This document shows positions 13,773 through 24,264 of a DNA stretch of 64,000 bases, one piece after another. The notes beneath the pieces were generated by a model. The model was not told the DNA's origin. It saw nothing but the letters and a program-made list of their open reading frames with translations, and did no database searches. Position numbers and translations under genes: made by a program. Within the stretch, counting starts at the first letter, position 1. Each line of letters starts with the position of its first letter. The stretch is taken from assembly GCA_007375595.1 (NCBI GenBank), contig VMEP01000001.1, forward strand, positions 89,274 to 153,273, given 5' to 3'. The stretch comes from Parcubacteria group bacterium LiPW_30 (lineage in GTDB: Bacteria; Patescibacteriota; Minisyncoccia; Phycocordibacterales; VMEP01).

Positions 13773-14227
13773 AAAATTCTAATTTTAATGTATCCCCGAT
13801 CTACAGACTTTCATCTAAGTGTCGAAGCTACTGTGCACGATTAATCAGATTCGACATAATCCAATTTTTTAATTCGTGCGATTATTTTCCCAATCCTTCC
13901 GATACGCCTGAATTATTATTGTGGCGACACGGCAGGCTAGCTAACATTTTTATTCCTTACAACATCTAAAAGAAAGCATTACTTTGTGCTTCTGTAATTT
14001 ATTTTCTAAAGTCCGCTATTCAATTGACAATGAACGAGTTTAAACAACTTTCAGTCGACCAATTTAGAAACTGGCCAACCATAAATGAAAGTATAGTACA
14101 TATGGAACAAAAAAGGCTTGAAACATATGTGGATAACTCAAAATACAGCCCTCTTCGGCCGTGTTTTTATCAAGTTATCTTAGGCTCCATATTACTCGAA
14201 ATAGGGGTTTTGGTCAATCACTATTTG

Positions 14228-14310
14228 CATACACCCCTAAAATACACGCGTAAAATTCTGCTGAATTTTCGCTCTGCTCGATTCGTCAATCTGCGCAAGG
14301 TATTTTAGGG
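14228..14310. repeat. 15-bp perfect inverted repeat (ACACCCCTAAAATAC … GTATTTTAGGGGTGT) enclosing an AAAATTC-TGCT-GAATTTT hairpin
   Basis: Arms at 14228-14243 and 14295-14310; ~450 bp upstream of the giant surface-protein gene start. Confidence 0.6.
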
Positions 14311-14462
14311 GTGTATACGGGGAAAAGAATACTTAAATCTTCACACACTACGTAATGCTTTTAAAAGTAAAAAAAGATAAGTTTTAAGAAAATTTATCTA
14401 CTTGGAGGTTGAACCTCCAAGTAGCAACACCCAACAAAGACCCGACCTTTGTTGGAATTACC

Positions 14463-15305
14463 CTAGGCCAAGAAGTAACGAGTCCAGCGTTTCTCCCCTG
14501 TCTTTTTGAGGACCTTCTCTCCGACAAGTGCGGATAGTTCTCGTTGAATTGTTTTTTCACTACACCCAGAAATCATCGTAGAAATGTCCTTTATTGTAGA
14601 ATTTTTATTCTTATTGATTATCTTGAGTATCAAATCGCGTCTATCATTTTTCCCATTGTTCTTAACGGCCAAATTTGAATGTCTTTTTGTGCCAAAATCT
14701 GATTTTGTTTTTTTGTTTAAATAAAGGACATTTGTGCTTCCTATCTTATTGTCCTTTATACTGTCCCTTACAGAAGGCTCTGTCTTTCCATCTTTTTTGT
14801 AGCTAAAAAAATTTAAATTCTCTGGTGTGATATTTCCGTTTAAAGAGTTAGTGTCTGTTTCTTTTGGTAAAAAGAAGTTTTCCCCTAACCTTGTGCTATC
14901 CGTTGAAAAGATGAAGTTACGATGCGATATTTTTTCTCTTATTTTTTTGTATTCTTGTAGAAGAATATCTGCGTTCATTTCAGAGATGAAATTGTTTGAT
15001 TTTGAAATTCTGATAAGGGACTCGTTCTCTTTTATTAAGTACTCAATGTTAAAAACAACATCACCCCTTAAAGACAAAGGAAGGGTTACTAGTTCGTGAC
15101 TTAAGGACAAAGCTTCAATGGCATTTTGGCGTATTTTGTCTCTTAGATAATCTTCTTCAAAAAGTCCGGTTACCATAAACAAGGCCTCCGTTATGCGTTC
15201 AATAGCAATAGGTAATGAATACTGACTATAAGCCAAATTATCAGACAAGTGACCATGTCCTTGATTCTCCAGTGGTTGACCGTTATTGTCCTTTTCTTCG
15301 TTCAT
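14463..15305 (-). CDS. hypothetical protein with C-terminal winged-helix/HTH domain
   Basis: 280 aa; C-terminal KDISTMISGCSEKTIQRELSALVGEKVLKKTGEKRWTRYFL resembles HTH of Fic/DeoR-type regulators. Confidence 0.45.
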   Translation of the reverse strand: MNEEKDNNGQPLENQGHGHLSDNLAYSQYSLPIAIERITEALFMVTGLFEEDYLRDKIRQNAIEALSLSHELVTLPLSLRGDVVFNIEYLIKENESLIRISKSNNFISEMNADILLQEYKKIREKISHRNFIFSTDSTRLGENFFLPKETDTNSLNGNITPENLNFFSYKKDGKTEPSVRDSIKDNKIGSTNVLYLNKKTKSDFGTKRHSNLAVKNNGKNDRRDLILKIINKNKNSTIKDISTMISGCSEKTIQRELSALVGEKVLKKTGEKRWTRYFLA

Positions 15306-15634
15306 GTCTTTTTTAGATTACTTTGTCTTTAATTAGTCTATAAGACGTCCATTATATTCCCTGTTGGCTTATTCTGGCAATAGCTTTGTAAAACATAATG
15401 CTGTTGAATCCCTGTCATCTTAATTTCTTTCTTTACTTTTCCCTTTGGAAAACACGTATAAAACTTTGCTAAGTTTTTACTATGCTCGCGTCGCCACGCT
15501 GCGCAATGTTTTCCAAAGAGAAAAGTCCTAGTTTTTAAGAAAAACAAAAAACTAATACTTTTTAGAATTTTGAGAAGCTAACAACTAAAAGCTAGTTAAA
15601 ATATGTTATTATTTGTGGTAATTAAATAAGTTCT

Positions 15635-17935
15635 ATGGCGATAAAAAAAGTACGGAAAGAAACTAAGAGTAAAGTAAGCGCTCCTGCAACTTCAAACATT
15701 GGCGGAACGTTTTCGAAACTTAAAGAAGAAACAATTCACGCAATAATTGCTATTGGGTTTTTTGTTTTAGCGACCTTCCTTATTATGGCCTGGCTTGGAA
15801 GTCGTGGCACATTAAACACCGGACCTGCTGGGGATGTCTCTTACCGCGGATTAACATTTTTATTTGGTTACGGTTTCTTTTTAGCTCCCCTACTTTTCTT
15901 TATTTTAAGCTTCACTTTTTTCCGCTCAATAAAAACAAAGATGGGCGGGCTCTCTACCCTAGGTTCAATTCTTTTCTTGCTCTCTGGTCTTGGTTTAATA
16001 GATGCAATCTGGGCAAACAAAAGCGGTGGAATTATCGGGGAAATTGTTGCCTACCCATTTCTAAAACTATTTGATTTTTATGCCAGCTTAATTTTCCTTT
16101 CTGCTATTTTTATAATCTCACTTCTAGTTATTTTTGATGCGCGCCCACAGCTTGAGCATTTCATGTTTTGGAGATGGTTCTCCAAAAAGAACGCGGACGA
16201 AGAAGATACTTTTGAAGAAGTGACCGAGGTGATGATTGAAGAGAAAAAGGAGGAAAAGCAAAAAGAAGAACCGGAAGAGAAGAGTAAGGTTGGTGAAGCG
16301 ATGGCCTCCATTTTAGGTATTGGTAAAAAATCTGAGGAAGAAGAGGGTGGCCTTTTTATTGAACAAAATAAAAGAACTATCCGCGACATAGACGACACCT
16401 ATTCCCCTCCCCCTCTTTCTATTTTTGAAAAAGATAAAGGTAAGCCAGGTGTCGGCGACATTAAAGCGAATGCCAACATTATTAAACGAACGCTACAAAA
16501 CTTCGGTATCAATGTTGAAATGGATGAAATATCAATCGGACCGACCGTTACCCGTTATGCATTGAAACCAGCCGAGGGTGTTAAACTTTCGCGAATCGTC
16601 GGATTACAAAATGACTTAGCTCTTGCTCTTGCTGCCCACCCACTACGCATTGAAGCCCCTATCCCAGGAAAGTCTCTCGTTGGTATTGAAATTCCAAACA
16701 CCGTCAAAGCAACTGTTGGAATGGCGACTCTTTTCTCTGATGAAAAATACGAGAGTAACGACAAACCTCTACTCCTTGCTCTAGGTCGTGGTGTTTCTGG
16801 ACAATCAAGATTTACCAATTTGGCAAAGATGCCACACATGCTTATCGCAGGAACAACCGGCTCTGGAAAATCTGTCACCATTCATACATTCATCAACTCC
16901 CTTCTCTTTCGAAACTCCCCCGCTGATCTAAAGTTCATCATGATTGACCCAAAACGTGTTGAGCTCACTCTTTACAATAAAATCCCACATTTACTCACTC
17001 CGGTAATTACTGATGCTAAAAAAGCAATCCTCGCGCTTAAGTGGGCAGCAAAAGAGATGGATAGAAGGTACGACATTTTAGAATCGGAAACTGTTCGCGA
17101 TATAGATTCCTACCATAAAAACGTAGTATTCCCTGCTTATAAAAAAGAACGAGAAAAAGGTAAGGGCGAAGAAAGAGATTTCGCAGAACTCCCAGAGAGA
17201 ATGCCTTATATCGTTATTGTTTTGGATGAACTTGCCGACATCATGACAACATACCCACGCGAGCTCGAAGCTGGAATTGTTCGTTTGGCCCAAATGAGCC
17301 GTGCTGTTGGAATCCACTTAATACTCTCAACCCAAAGACCCTCTGTGAACGTCATAACCGGCTTAATTAAGGCTAATATCCCCGCTCGCGTAGCTTTACA
17401 GGTGTCCTCGCAAATCGACTCCCGTACAATCCTTGACACTACTGGCGCTGAAAAACTTCTCGGCGCCGGAGACATGCTCTTCCTCTCTGGTGAAATGTCT
17501 AAACCGGAACGTATGCAATCAGCGTTTATTTCTGAAACTGAAGTGAAGAAAGTGGTTAAATATTTATCTGATCAATATAAAGATAGCGTCCCGTCAGAAA
17601 TTGAACTTTCAACTGGCGCCCCAACAGCAAGTCCAACAATTTTTGATATGTCACTTGAATCACCCTCAAGTTTAGATGACGATGATGACATGTACGAAGA
17701 AGCGAAACAATGTGTCATTGAAGCTGGAAAAGCTTCAACTTCGTATCTACAAAGAAAACTAAAAGTCGGTTACGCCCGAGCCGCTCGTCTTATGGATATG
17801 CTTGAAGAGCGCGGTGTCGTTTCGGCCGGAGATGGGGCCAAACCACGAGAGGTTCTTGAAAAAAGCGCCCAAGCTATCGCAACAGCAAGCTTAACTAGCG
17901 CCGAAGAAACAAAAGAAAATTATGACTCTTTCTAG
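15635..17935 (+). CDS. ftsK: DNA translocase FtsK/SpoIIIE
   Basis: 766 aa; N-terminal TM helices, Walker A GTTGSGKSV, motor domain, C-terminal gamma wHTH (…YLQRKLKVGYARAARLMDMLEERGVV…). Confidence 0.9.
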   Translation: MAIKKVRKETKSKVSAPATSNIGGTFSKLKEETIHAIIAIGFFVLATFLIMAWLGSRGTLNTGPAGDVSYRGLTFLFGYGFFLAPLLFFILSFTFFRSIKTKMGGLSTLGSILFLLSGLGLIDAIWANKSGGIIGEIVAYPFLKLFDFYASLIFLSAIFIISLLVIFDARPQLEHFMFWRWFSKKNADEEDTFEEVTEVMIEEKKEEKQKEEPEEKSKVGEAMASILGIGKKSEEEEGGLFIEQNKRTIRDIDDTYSPPPLSIFEKDKGKPGVGDIKANANIIKRTLQNFGINVEMDEISIGPTVTRYALKPAEGVKLSRIVGLQNDLALALAAHPLRIEAPIPGKSLVGIEIPNTVKATVGMATLFSDEKYESNDKPLLLALGRGVSGQSRFTNLAKMPHMLIAGTTGSGKSVTIHTFINSLLFRNSPADLKFIMIDPKRVELTLYNKIPHLLTPVITDAKKAILALKWAAKEMDRRYDILESETVRDIDSYHKNVVFPAYKKEREKGKGEERDFAELPERMPYIVIVLDELADIMTTYPRELEAGIVRLAQMSRAVGIHLILSTQRPSVNVITGLIKANIPARVALQVSSQIDSRTILDTTGAEKLLGAGDMLFLSGEMSKPERMQSAFISETEVKKVVKYLSDQYKDSVPSEIELSTGAPTASPTIFDMSLESPSSLDDDDDMYEEAKQCVIEAGKASTSYLQRKLKVGYARAARLMDMLEERGVVSAGDGAKPREVLEKSAQAIATASLTSAEETKENYDSF

Positions 17936-18287
17936 TCACACAAAACAAACAATCTTCAGAAGCAGTCTCGTTGGTTTACTTTTAATAACCTCTTTGGCCT
18001 ACGGATATATCCAGAGTAGAAATTTAGTTCGTGGCCCTTCTATAACGGTCATCTCCCCTATAAATGGCTCTAGTTTGGATAATCAGTTAATAACGATAAG
18101 TGGAAAAACAAAAAATATTGCGGAGATGTCACTAAATGACCGACAAATCTTCCCAGATGAAAACGGCAACTTTACTGAAACTTTGGTGCTACCAGTTGGC
18201 TATACTATAATGAGCCTAAAAGCAGAAGATAAGTTTGGCAAAAAAACAGAGCAGTCGCTTTCTTTAACAGTAAATAAAAAAGGATAA
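17922..18287 (+). CDS. hypothetical membrane-anchored Ig-like domain protein
   Basis: 121 aa, N-terminal TM, overlaps ftsK stop by 14 nt. Confidence 0.4.
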   Translation: MTLSSHTKQTIFRSSLVGLLLITSLAYGYIQSRNLVRGPSITVISPINGSSLDNQLITISGKTKNIAEMSLNDRQIFPDENGNFTETLVLPVGYTIMSLKAEDKFGKKTEQSLSLTVNKKG

Positions 18288-18291
18288 TAAT

Positions 18292-19320
18292 ATGGCAATG
18301 GCAAAAAAACAGAAGTTGGAAGGTGCATCTAAAACAGAACTTGGTACATCTCAAATCGAATCAACAATTCGCGATATTCAGACAAAATACGGCGAAGGGG
18401 CAATAATGAAACTTGGCGAGAAGCCTAAGGTTAACATTGGCTCAATTTCAACCGGTTCGCTTGGTCTTGATTATGCTCTTGGTGTTGGAGGACTCCCCCA
18501 AGGACGTATCGTTGAAATTTTTGGACCAGAATCTTCTGGAAAAACAACGTTAACACTCCATGTCATTGCTGAAGCGCAAAAGAAGGGTGGGGTTTGCGCC
18601 TTCATTGACGCCGAACACGCACTCGATCCTGAATACGCCAAAAAGCTCGGCGTTAATATAAACGAACTCTTAATCTCTCAGCCAGACACAGGAGAACAAG
18701 CTCTCGAAATTACAGAGAGTCTTGTGCGTTCCGGGAAAATTGATGTTGTTGTTATCGACTCTGTCGCAGCCCTCACCCCGAAAGACGAAATTGAAGGAGA
18801 GATGGGTGCGCATCATGTTGGGAAACAAGCACGACTAATGTCGCAAGCTTTAAGAAAACTTACTGCCATCACCGCAAAATCAAAGACTATTGTTATTTTC
18901 ATTAATCAAATCCGTATGCAAATCGGAGTGATGTTTGGAAACCCAGAAACAACTCCAGGGGGGAAAGCGCTTAAATTCTATACTTCAGTACGTCTTGATA
19001 TAAGAAGGATTGCTTCAATCAAAAAAGGAGAAGATGTTGTTGGGGCGCGCACAAGAGTTAAGGTTGTTAAAAACAAAGTTGCTGCTCCTTTTAAGATGAC
19101 TGAATTTGATATTATCTACAATGAAGGAATTTCCCGCGAAGGTGAAATAATTGCTCTTGGTGAAAAGTTTGGATTGATGACAAAAAGCGGAACATCTTAT
19201 TCATACGGAGAAACAAAATTAGGCCGGGGGTATGATGCGACACGTACCTTTCTCAAAGAGAATCCTAAAATCACAAACGATCTCGTTAAACAAATAGAGA
19301 AGAAATTCCTAGAATCGTAA
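18292..19320 (+). CDS. recA: recombinase RecA
   Basis: 342 aa; [10 protein letters not shown] Walker A, canonical RecA core. Confidence 0.95.
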   Translation: MAMAKKQKLEGASKTELGTSQIESTIRDIQTKYGEGAIMKLGEKPKVNIGSISTGSLGLDYALGVGGLPQGRIVEIFGPESSGKTTLTLHVIAEAQKKGGVCAFIDAEHALDPEYAKKLGVNINELLISQPDTGEQALEITESLVRSGKIDVVVIDSVAALTPKDEIEGEMGAHHVGKQARLMSQALRKLTAITAKSKTIVIFINQIRMQIGVMFGNPETTPGGKALKFYTSVRLDIRRIASIKKGEDVVGARTRVKVVKNKVAAPFKMTEFDIIYNEGISREGEIIALGEKFGLMTKSGTSYSYGETKLGRGYDATRTFLKENPKITNDLVKQIEKKFLES

Positions 19321-19346
19321 TCTTGAGAACCTTGTTAAAAAGTCGT

Positions 19347-19375
19347 TGACAGAACGGCTTTTTTTCTTACAATGA
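19347..19375 (+). promoter_or_regulatory. candidate sigma70-type promoter upstream of efp (TTGACA -17 bp- TACAAT)
   Basis: TTGACA at 19347-19352, 17-nt spacer, TACAAT at 19370-19375; ~100 nt upstream of efp start. Confidence 0.35.
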
Positions 19376-19471
19376 GCCACGATACTTGTCTTACTGAAAG
19401 GTGGTAAACGATAGGTCTCTAGAGATTAAACGGAAAAGTTTCCGAAAATTAGTAATTATAATTTCAAAAAA

Positions 19472-20056
19472 ATGCTTGAATATAACGAAATTAAACCTGG
19501 TAAATACATTGTTTGGCAAGATGAGCCATTTGAAGTTCTTGAGTCACACGTAGCAAGAACCCAACAACGTAAACCACAAAATCAAACAAAACTCCGAAAC
19601 TTAATTTCGGGAAGATTGGTTCCTGCGACATTTCATGCCACAGACAAAGTTCCAGAAGCAGATGTCTCAAAGCGTACTATTAAATTTATTTATGCATCTA
19701 AGGGAGAATTGTGTTTTTCAGAAATAAAAGACCCCAGCTCGCGCTTCTTCTTAGAGGAATCTTTAGTTGGAGACAAAGTTAAATTTTTGAAGGCCAACGT
19801 AGAAGTTGATGCGCTTACTTTCACAAATGATGATGACGAGGAAAGAATAATCGGTATAAAATTACCGGTTAAGATGGATTTCATCGTTAAAGAAGCTCCC
19901 CCATCTATAAAAGGAGATACGGCTTCTGGTGGAGGAAAAGCGGTCACCCTAGAAACCGGGGCGGTAATCACAGCACCACTTTTTATTAATGCTGGAGATG
20001 TTATCCGCATAAATACCGACACAGGACTTTACACAGAAAGAGTAGAGAAAAATTAA
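19472..20056 (+). CDS. efp: elongation factor P
   Basis: 194 aa; N-terminal KPG…V…EPFEVLE…QRKPQNQTKLRNL… pattern of EF-P. Confidence 0.85.
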   Translation: MLEYNEIKPGKYIVWQDEPFEVLESHVARTQQRKPQNQTKLRNLISGRLVPATFHATDKVPEADVSKRTIKFIYASKGELCFSEIKDPSSRFFLEESLVGDKVKFLKANVEVDALTFTNDDDEERIIGIKLPVKMDFIVKEAPPSIKGDTASGGGKAVTLETGAVITAPLFINAGDVIRINTDTGLYTERVEKN

Positions 20057-20074
20057 TCTCACAGAACATCAAAT

Positions 20075-20108
20075 AGAAAAACCGCCAATTGGCGGTTTTT
20101 CTATTTTA
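20075..20108. terminator. bidirectional terminator between efp and rpsR (AAAAACCGCCAATTGGCGGTTTTT)
   Basis: Perfect palindromic GC stem with A-run/T-run flanks between convergent genes. Confidence 0.7.
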
Positions 20109-20166
20109 TAAATTAGATTTATTTAGCAACGAAAGACTAAATCACAAAGTGATCGCCCGGTCGCCT

Positions 20167-20376
20167 TTAGCGGGCAACAAAGGGAATGAGTCCCATGAAT
20201 CTAGCGCGTTTTACGGCTGTTGCAAGCTTTCGCTGACTCTTTGCGCTAACACCAGAAAATTTCTTAGAAACCATACGTGCGTGTGGGTTCAAGAATTTCT
20301 TTAAAACTTCAACATCTTTATAGTCGATGTGCTTTATATTATTTGAAGCGAAGTAACACTTTTTTTTGTCTGTCAT
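20167..20376 (-). CDS. rpsR: 30S ribosomal protein S18
   Basis: 69 aa; …KRARFMGLIPF… conserved S18 C-terminus. Confidence 0.9.
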   Translation of the reverse strand: MTDKKKCYFASNNIKHIDYKDVEVLKKFLNPHARMVSKKFSGVSAKSQRKLATAVKRARFMGLIPFVAR

Positions 20377-20395
20377 AATATTTTTTTAATTTTTA

Positions 20396-20845
20396 TTAAA
20401 AAGGGATGTCGTTTGGATTAATGTCGCCCTCTGGATACTCAATTGATTCATCGGCACCTGTTTCAATTGGAGCTGATGGTGTTTCGCTGTAATTAGAATT
20501 TCCAGCTGGAGCTCCGCCTGCTCTTGGTCCGAACTGCACACGATCTGCAATAACTTCGGTACGGTATTTTTTTACACCATCCCCTCCGTCCCAACTTCTC
20601 GTCTGCATTCTTCCTTCAATAAAAACGCCTGAACCCTTTTTTAAATACTGGGCAACTGTTTCTGCTTGTCTCCCAAACACAACAACATTATGGAAATCAA
20701 CGGCCTCTTGACGTGTCCCGTCTTGCCCCTTCCAAGTTCTATTTGTTGCAACCGAAAAACTTGTAACCTTATTCCCTGTTGGCAATGATCTCAACTCAGG
20801 GTCGCGAGTAAGATTTCCATAAATAATTGCTTTGTTTACATACAT
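20396..20845 (-). CDS. ssb: single-stranded DNA-binding protein
   Basis: 149 aa; OB-fold N-terminus, Gly/Pro-rich linker, acidic C-terminal DIPF tail. Confidence 0.9.
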   Translation of the reverse strand: MYVNKAIIYGNLTRDPELRSLPTGNKVTSFSVATNRTWKGQDGTRQEAVDFHNVVVFGRQAETVAQYLKKGSGVFIEGRMQTRSWDGGDGVKKYRTEVIADRVQFGPRAGGAPAGNSNYSETPSAPIETGADESIEYPEGDINPNDIPF

Positions 20846-20854
20846 AATTATATT

Positions 20855-21313
20855 TTACTCCTCTTTAACCAAATCCTTAAGAGCAGAATCAAGCTCAACT
20901 TCCGAGACTTCAGCTACCACCTCTCCTTCAGTTTGACCTTTTCCTTTTGAAGATCTTACTGGAACTCTTTTTTGGGACATAGTGTCTTCACGGGAAGTTT
21001 TTATGAAAAGAAAACGAATCACTTTTTTGTTTTGATCAAGTTTCTCTTTTAGAGCAGCTGTCTCAGAAGCTGACATCTCAAACTTTACCCAACCAAAGTG
21101 ACCTTTTGTGTAGGTGTGCCAAACGTTGGCAACAGCCTTTCTCATAGGATATGCAAGTTCAGTTAGCTTAGGGTATCCATCTGCCAACATAAGCCCACCT
21201 AGAGATGAGATTGTGTCTTTTAAGTTGCCTGTTTCAGCGGAAACATCCCCTTCAGAAAGCTCTGGAACAAGGAGGTAGCCAATTTCGTATACAGTTAGTT
21301 CTTTTTCATCCAT
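20855..21313 (-). CDS. rpsF: 30S ribosomal protein S6 (with acidic/Lys-rich C-terminal extension)
   Basis: 152 aa; YEIGYLLVPELSEGD… typical S6 start; rpsF-ssb-rpsR gene order. Confidence 0.85.
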   Translation of the reverse strand: MDEKELTVYEIGYLLVPELSEGDVSAETGNLKDTISSLGGLMLADGYPKLTELAYPMRKAVANVWHTYTKGHFGWVKFEMSASETAALKEKLDQNKKVIRFLFIKTSREDTMSQKRVPVRSSKGKGQTEGEVVAEVSEVELDSALKDLVKEE

Positions 21314-21443
21314 AAAATTAAGAATTCCCGTGTTTTTAAAGCATCTCTAGAAAAAACCGAGACTTAAACACAGTTGCGTTATGTTAACAAAACAACCCCC
21401 AAAATGCAACTTGTCACCCAAACTCGTGGTTTTGTGTGGCTAA

Positions 21444-22223
21444 CTAAACACTTAAACCAAAAACACGGGCTGTGTTTGAAAGTGTGGTTTCGGCCATCTT
21501 CTCAACACTGACCCCCTTCAATTCAGCCAAACGCGCCACAACCTGATTCACAAAAATTGGTTCATTACGCTTTCCACGATTTGGGGCCGGTGACACAAAC
21601 GGGCAATCAGTCTCAGCTAAAATTGAGCTTAACGGAATAGATTTTATAACTTCATCGTAATCAGAGGCAAAAGTAATTACGCCGGTAAACGACATCGTAA
21701 AACTAAGCTCAATAAATTCTTTTGCAAATTCGACGGTTCCAGCAAAAAAATGAATGTTTCCACGAAGTTTCTCCCCGTCTTCTCCTTTTTTAAATTCTTT
21801 TAAAATCACAATAGTGTCTTCGTAAGCATTACGACAATGAATCATTAGTGGTAAATCAAGAGAAAGCGCCAACCTTATTTGAGAACGAAAAAGGTCGCGC
21901 TGGCGTGCTCTTTTTTCTTCGTTCTTTTCCCAGTAATAATCCAGACCACATTCCCCTATTGCAACAACTGATTTTTCCTTTGCAAGGTCTCTGTATAAAT
22001 CTTCGTTAAAAACTTCATCCTTATTGTCTATTGGGTGTAAGCCAATCGCCGAAAAAAAGGTTGGTTCATTTTGGGAAATCTCAACTGCACGCCCCGAAGA
22101 TTCATAATCTGTTCCAACGATAATCGTACCAATTTCTTTTTCTTTCATTCGAGAGATAACCTCTTTCAAATCAGAATCGAATTCTTTGGAGTTTAAATGA
22201 GAATGTGCGTCAATTAATTTCAT
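21444..22223 (-). CDS. tatD: TatD-family metal-dependent DNase/hydrolase
   Basis: 259 aa; MKLIDAHSHLN… and conserved His/Asp/Glu metal ligands (…IGECGLDY…, …HCR…). Confidence 0.85.
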   Translation of the reverse strand: MKLIDAHSHLNSKEFDSDLKEVISRMKEKEIGTIIVGTDYESSGRAVEISQNEPTFFSAIGLHPIDNKDEVFNEDLYRDLAKEKSVVAIGECGLDYYWEKNEEKRARQRDLFRSQIRLALSLDLPLMIHCRNAYEDTIVILKEFKKGEDGEKLRGNIHFFAGTVEFAKEFIELSFTMSFTGVITFASDYDEVIKSIPLSSILAETDCPFVSPAPNRGKRNEPIFVNQVVARLAELKGVSVEKMAETTLSNTARVFGLSV

Positions 22224-22238
22224 ATATAAACAGCTTCA

Positions 22239-22619
22239 TTAGTTTTCAGCTTCAATAGCTTCTTTAGGGTTAAGTTTTCGTATAATTGTATTTAACATTT
22301 TCATAACTTCTGTAAGTAAGCTATCTACTTCCCCGTATTTTAAATTTTTTGTTTTTGGTAACCTCTTCGATAATTCAATATGACTTTCAAGTTCTGCGCC
22401 TGAAGCATAGGCTATTCTTAAAAATTGTAAAAATTCTTTCTTAGAACCACGGAACCTCCCTTCGGCGATGTTAGCTGGAATAGAACTAGAAGCTCTCCTT
22501 ATTTGCGATATTAAACCATATATTTCTTCTTTTGGAAATTTTTCAGTAAGTTCGTAAACTTTTACCGTCAATTCCATTCCTCTTTGCCAAACTATTAAAT
22601 CTTTGTATGAATGAAGCAT
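22239..22619 (-). CDS. four-helix-bundle protein (23S rRNA intervening-sequence-associated protein family)
   Basis: 126 aa; …VWQRGMELTVKVYELTEKFPKEEIYGLISQIRRASSSIPANIAEG… is the signature of the IVS/S23p four-helix-bundle family. Confidence 0.65.
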   Translation of the reverse strand: MLHSYKDLIVWQRGMELTVKVYELTEKFPKEEIYGLISQIRRASSSIPANIAEGRFRGSKKEFLQFLRIAYASGAELESHIELSKRLPKTKNLKYGEVDSLLTEVMKMLNTIIRKLNPKEAIEAEN

Positions 22620-22656
22620 AGTTTTCTAAAAAGCTAAAAGCTGACAGCTAATGAAG

Positions 22657-24243
22657 CTAGCTTGTGATTCTTGCAAATAAAGGCTTTTCTAATGGTTTCA
22701 CGGAAAAAGAACTTGGCTCAGCACTTTTTATATCCCCCGTGATTATATCTTCAATTAACGCACTTGTTTCTGGCATTACTGGACGGATAAGCTCCCCAAC
22801 TGTGCGTAGCCCCAAAAGAACGTTCCAGAGAACGTCTTCTGTTTTATCTTTATCTGTCTTAATGAGTTTAAATGGTTCATAGTTTGCGATATATCCATCT
22901 AGTTCTTTGACTAAAACAAAAACATTATCGAGCGCATGGTGAATGCGATATTCATCCATACATTCTCTATATTTTGGAATAATTTCTTGTTCTATCGTAT
23001 AAGAAACACCATAACCTTCTATTTCTTGGTCTCCGGTCGGACTTTTTAGTTTCTTCACAAAAGGCACGGATTCTGGGCTATGTGGAGTAATATTCCCATC
23101 AAAATACTTTTCCGCCATCGCAACAGTACGCGAAAGTAAGTTACCCAAACCATTAGCTAAATTACCGTTATAGCTATCAATAAATTTCTGCTTCGTAAAA
23201 TCGCCATCTTCAAATGGTGGAATTTCTTTCGCCACAAAAAAACGAAAAGCTTCGGCGCCGTATTCATTTATGTATTCCTCTGGGTCTATAACATTACCAA
23301 GTGACTTAGACATCTTCTTGCCATCAGAGAGGATGAAGCCATGAACCAAAACACTTTTAGGTAATGGTAACTCTGCGGAAAGTAACATTGCTGGCCAAAA
23401 AACCGCGTGAAAACGCAAAATATCTTTACCAATAATGTGCATGTCTGCCGGCCACAAAGAGTTAAATTGTTCTTCGTTGCGACCATAACCAACCCCTGTA
23501 ATGTAGTTTGAAAGCGCGTCACACCAAACATACATCATGTGAGTTTTATCATTTGGAACCGGTACTCCCCACGGAACACTCGCTTCTGGGCGAGAAAAAC
23601 TTATATCTTCCAACCCTTCCTGAATAAAAGAGATTATTTCATTTTTTCTTACCTCTGGAAGAACTGTTAACTCGTTAGACAGAATTTTTTCCTCTAAAAT
23701 TTTTGCGTATTTTGATAGGCGAAAAAAATAATTCTCTTCTTCAACAACCTCGGGGGCTTTTCCGTGTAAAACACAAAGGCCGTTTACCAATTCTTTTTCG
23801 GTAATAAAACCCTCACACCCAACGCAATAAAATCCTTTGTAGTTTTTTTTATACAAATCACCAGAAGCAACTAGTTTTTCCCAAAGTTTTTGAGCTCCTG
23901 GCCAATGTTTTTCTTTATCAGACGTCCTAATGAAATCATCGTTTGAAATTAAAAGTTTTCCGTAAAGGACTTTAAAAAACTCCGATATCTGATTTACAAA
24001 CGCCTGCGCGCTCATCCCCTCTTCCTTTGCTTTTCGTAAAATCTTAGAACCATGTTCATCTGTCCCTGTTAGAAAAAAAACTTCTTGGCCGGTAGCTCTT
24101 TTGTCGCGCGCGATAATATCAGCAAGTACCGCTTCGTAAGCATGACCAACGTGTGGCTTTGCGTTGGTATAGGCAATAGACGTAGTAAGATAAAAAGGCT
24201 TATTTCTAGAATCAGCCCCAATGGATGGTTTTTCTTTTTTCAT
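22657..24243 (-). CDS. metG: methionyl-tRNA synthetase
   Basis: 528 aa; HIGH-class (…KPHVGHAYE…) and KMSKS motifs, MetRS Zn-knuckle region. Confidence 0.9.
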   Translation of the reverse strand: MKKEKPSIGADSRNKPFYLTTSIAYTNAKPHVGHAYEAVLADIIARDKRATGQEVFFLTGTDEHGSKILRKAKEEGMSAQAFVNQISEFFKVLYGKLLISNDDFIRTSDKEKHWPGAQKLWEKLVASGDLYKKNYKGFYCVGCEGFITEKELVNGLCVLHGKAPEVVEEENYFFRLSKYAKILEEKILSNELTVLPEVRKNEIISFIQEGLEDISFSRPEASVPWGVPVPNDKTHMMYVWCDALSNYITGVGYGRNEEQFNSLWPADMHIIGKDILRFHAVFWPAMLLSAELPLPKSVLVHGFILSDGKKMSKSLGNVIDPEEYINEYGAEAFRFFVAKEIPPFEDGDFTKQKFIDSYNGNLANGLGNLLSRTVAMAEKYFDGNITPHSPESVPFVKKLKSPTGDQEIEGYGVSYTIEQEIIPKYRECMDEYRIHHALDNVFVLVKELDGYIANYEPFKLIKTDKDKTEDVLWNVLLGLRTVGELIRPVMPETSALIEDIITGDIKSAEPSSFSVKPLEKPLFARITS

Positions 24244-24264
24244 GAACGAAATAACGGAAGATTA

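Noticed and set aside
15338-15547. 69-aa minus-strand ORF upstream of ftsK
   Set aside because: No RBS and unusual composition. The region contains the CGCGTCGCCACGCT box and looks regulatory rather than coding.
19321-19471. Possible tRNA or ncRNA in the recA-efp spacer
   Set aside because: No cloverleaf could be folded. The spacer has a good -35/-10 pair, so it is more simply the efp promoter.
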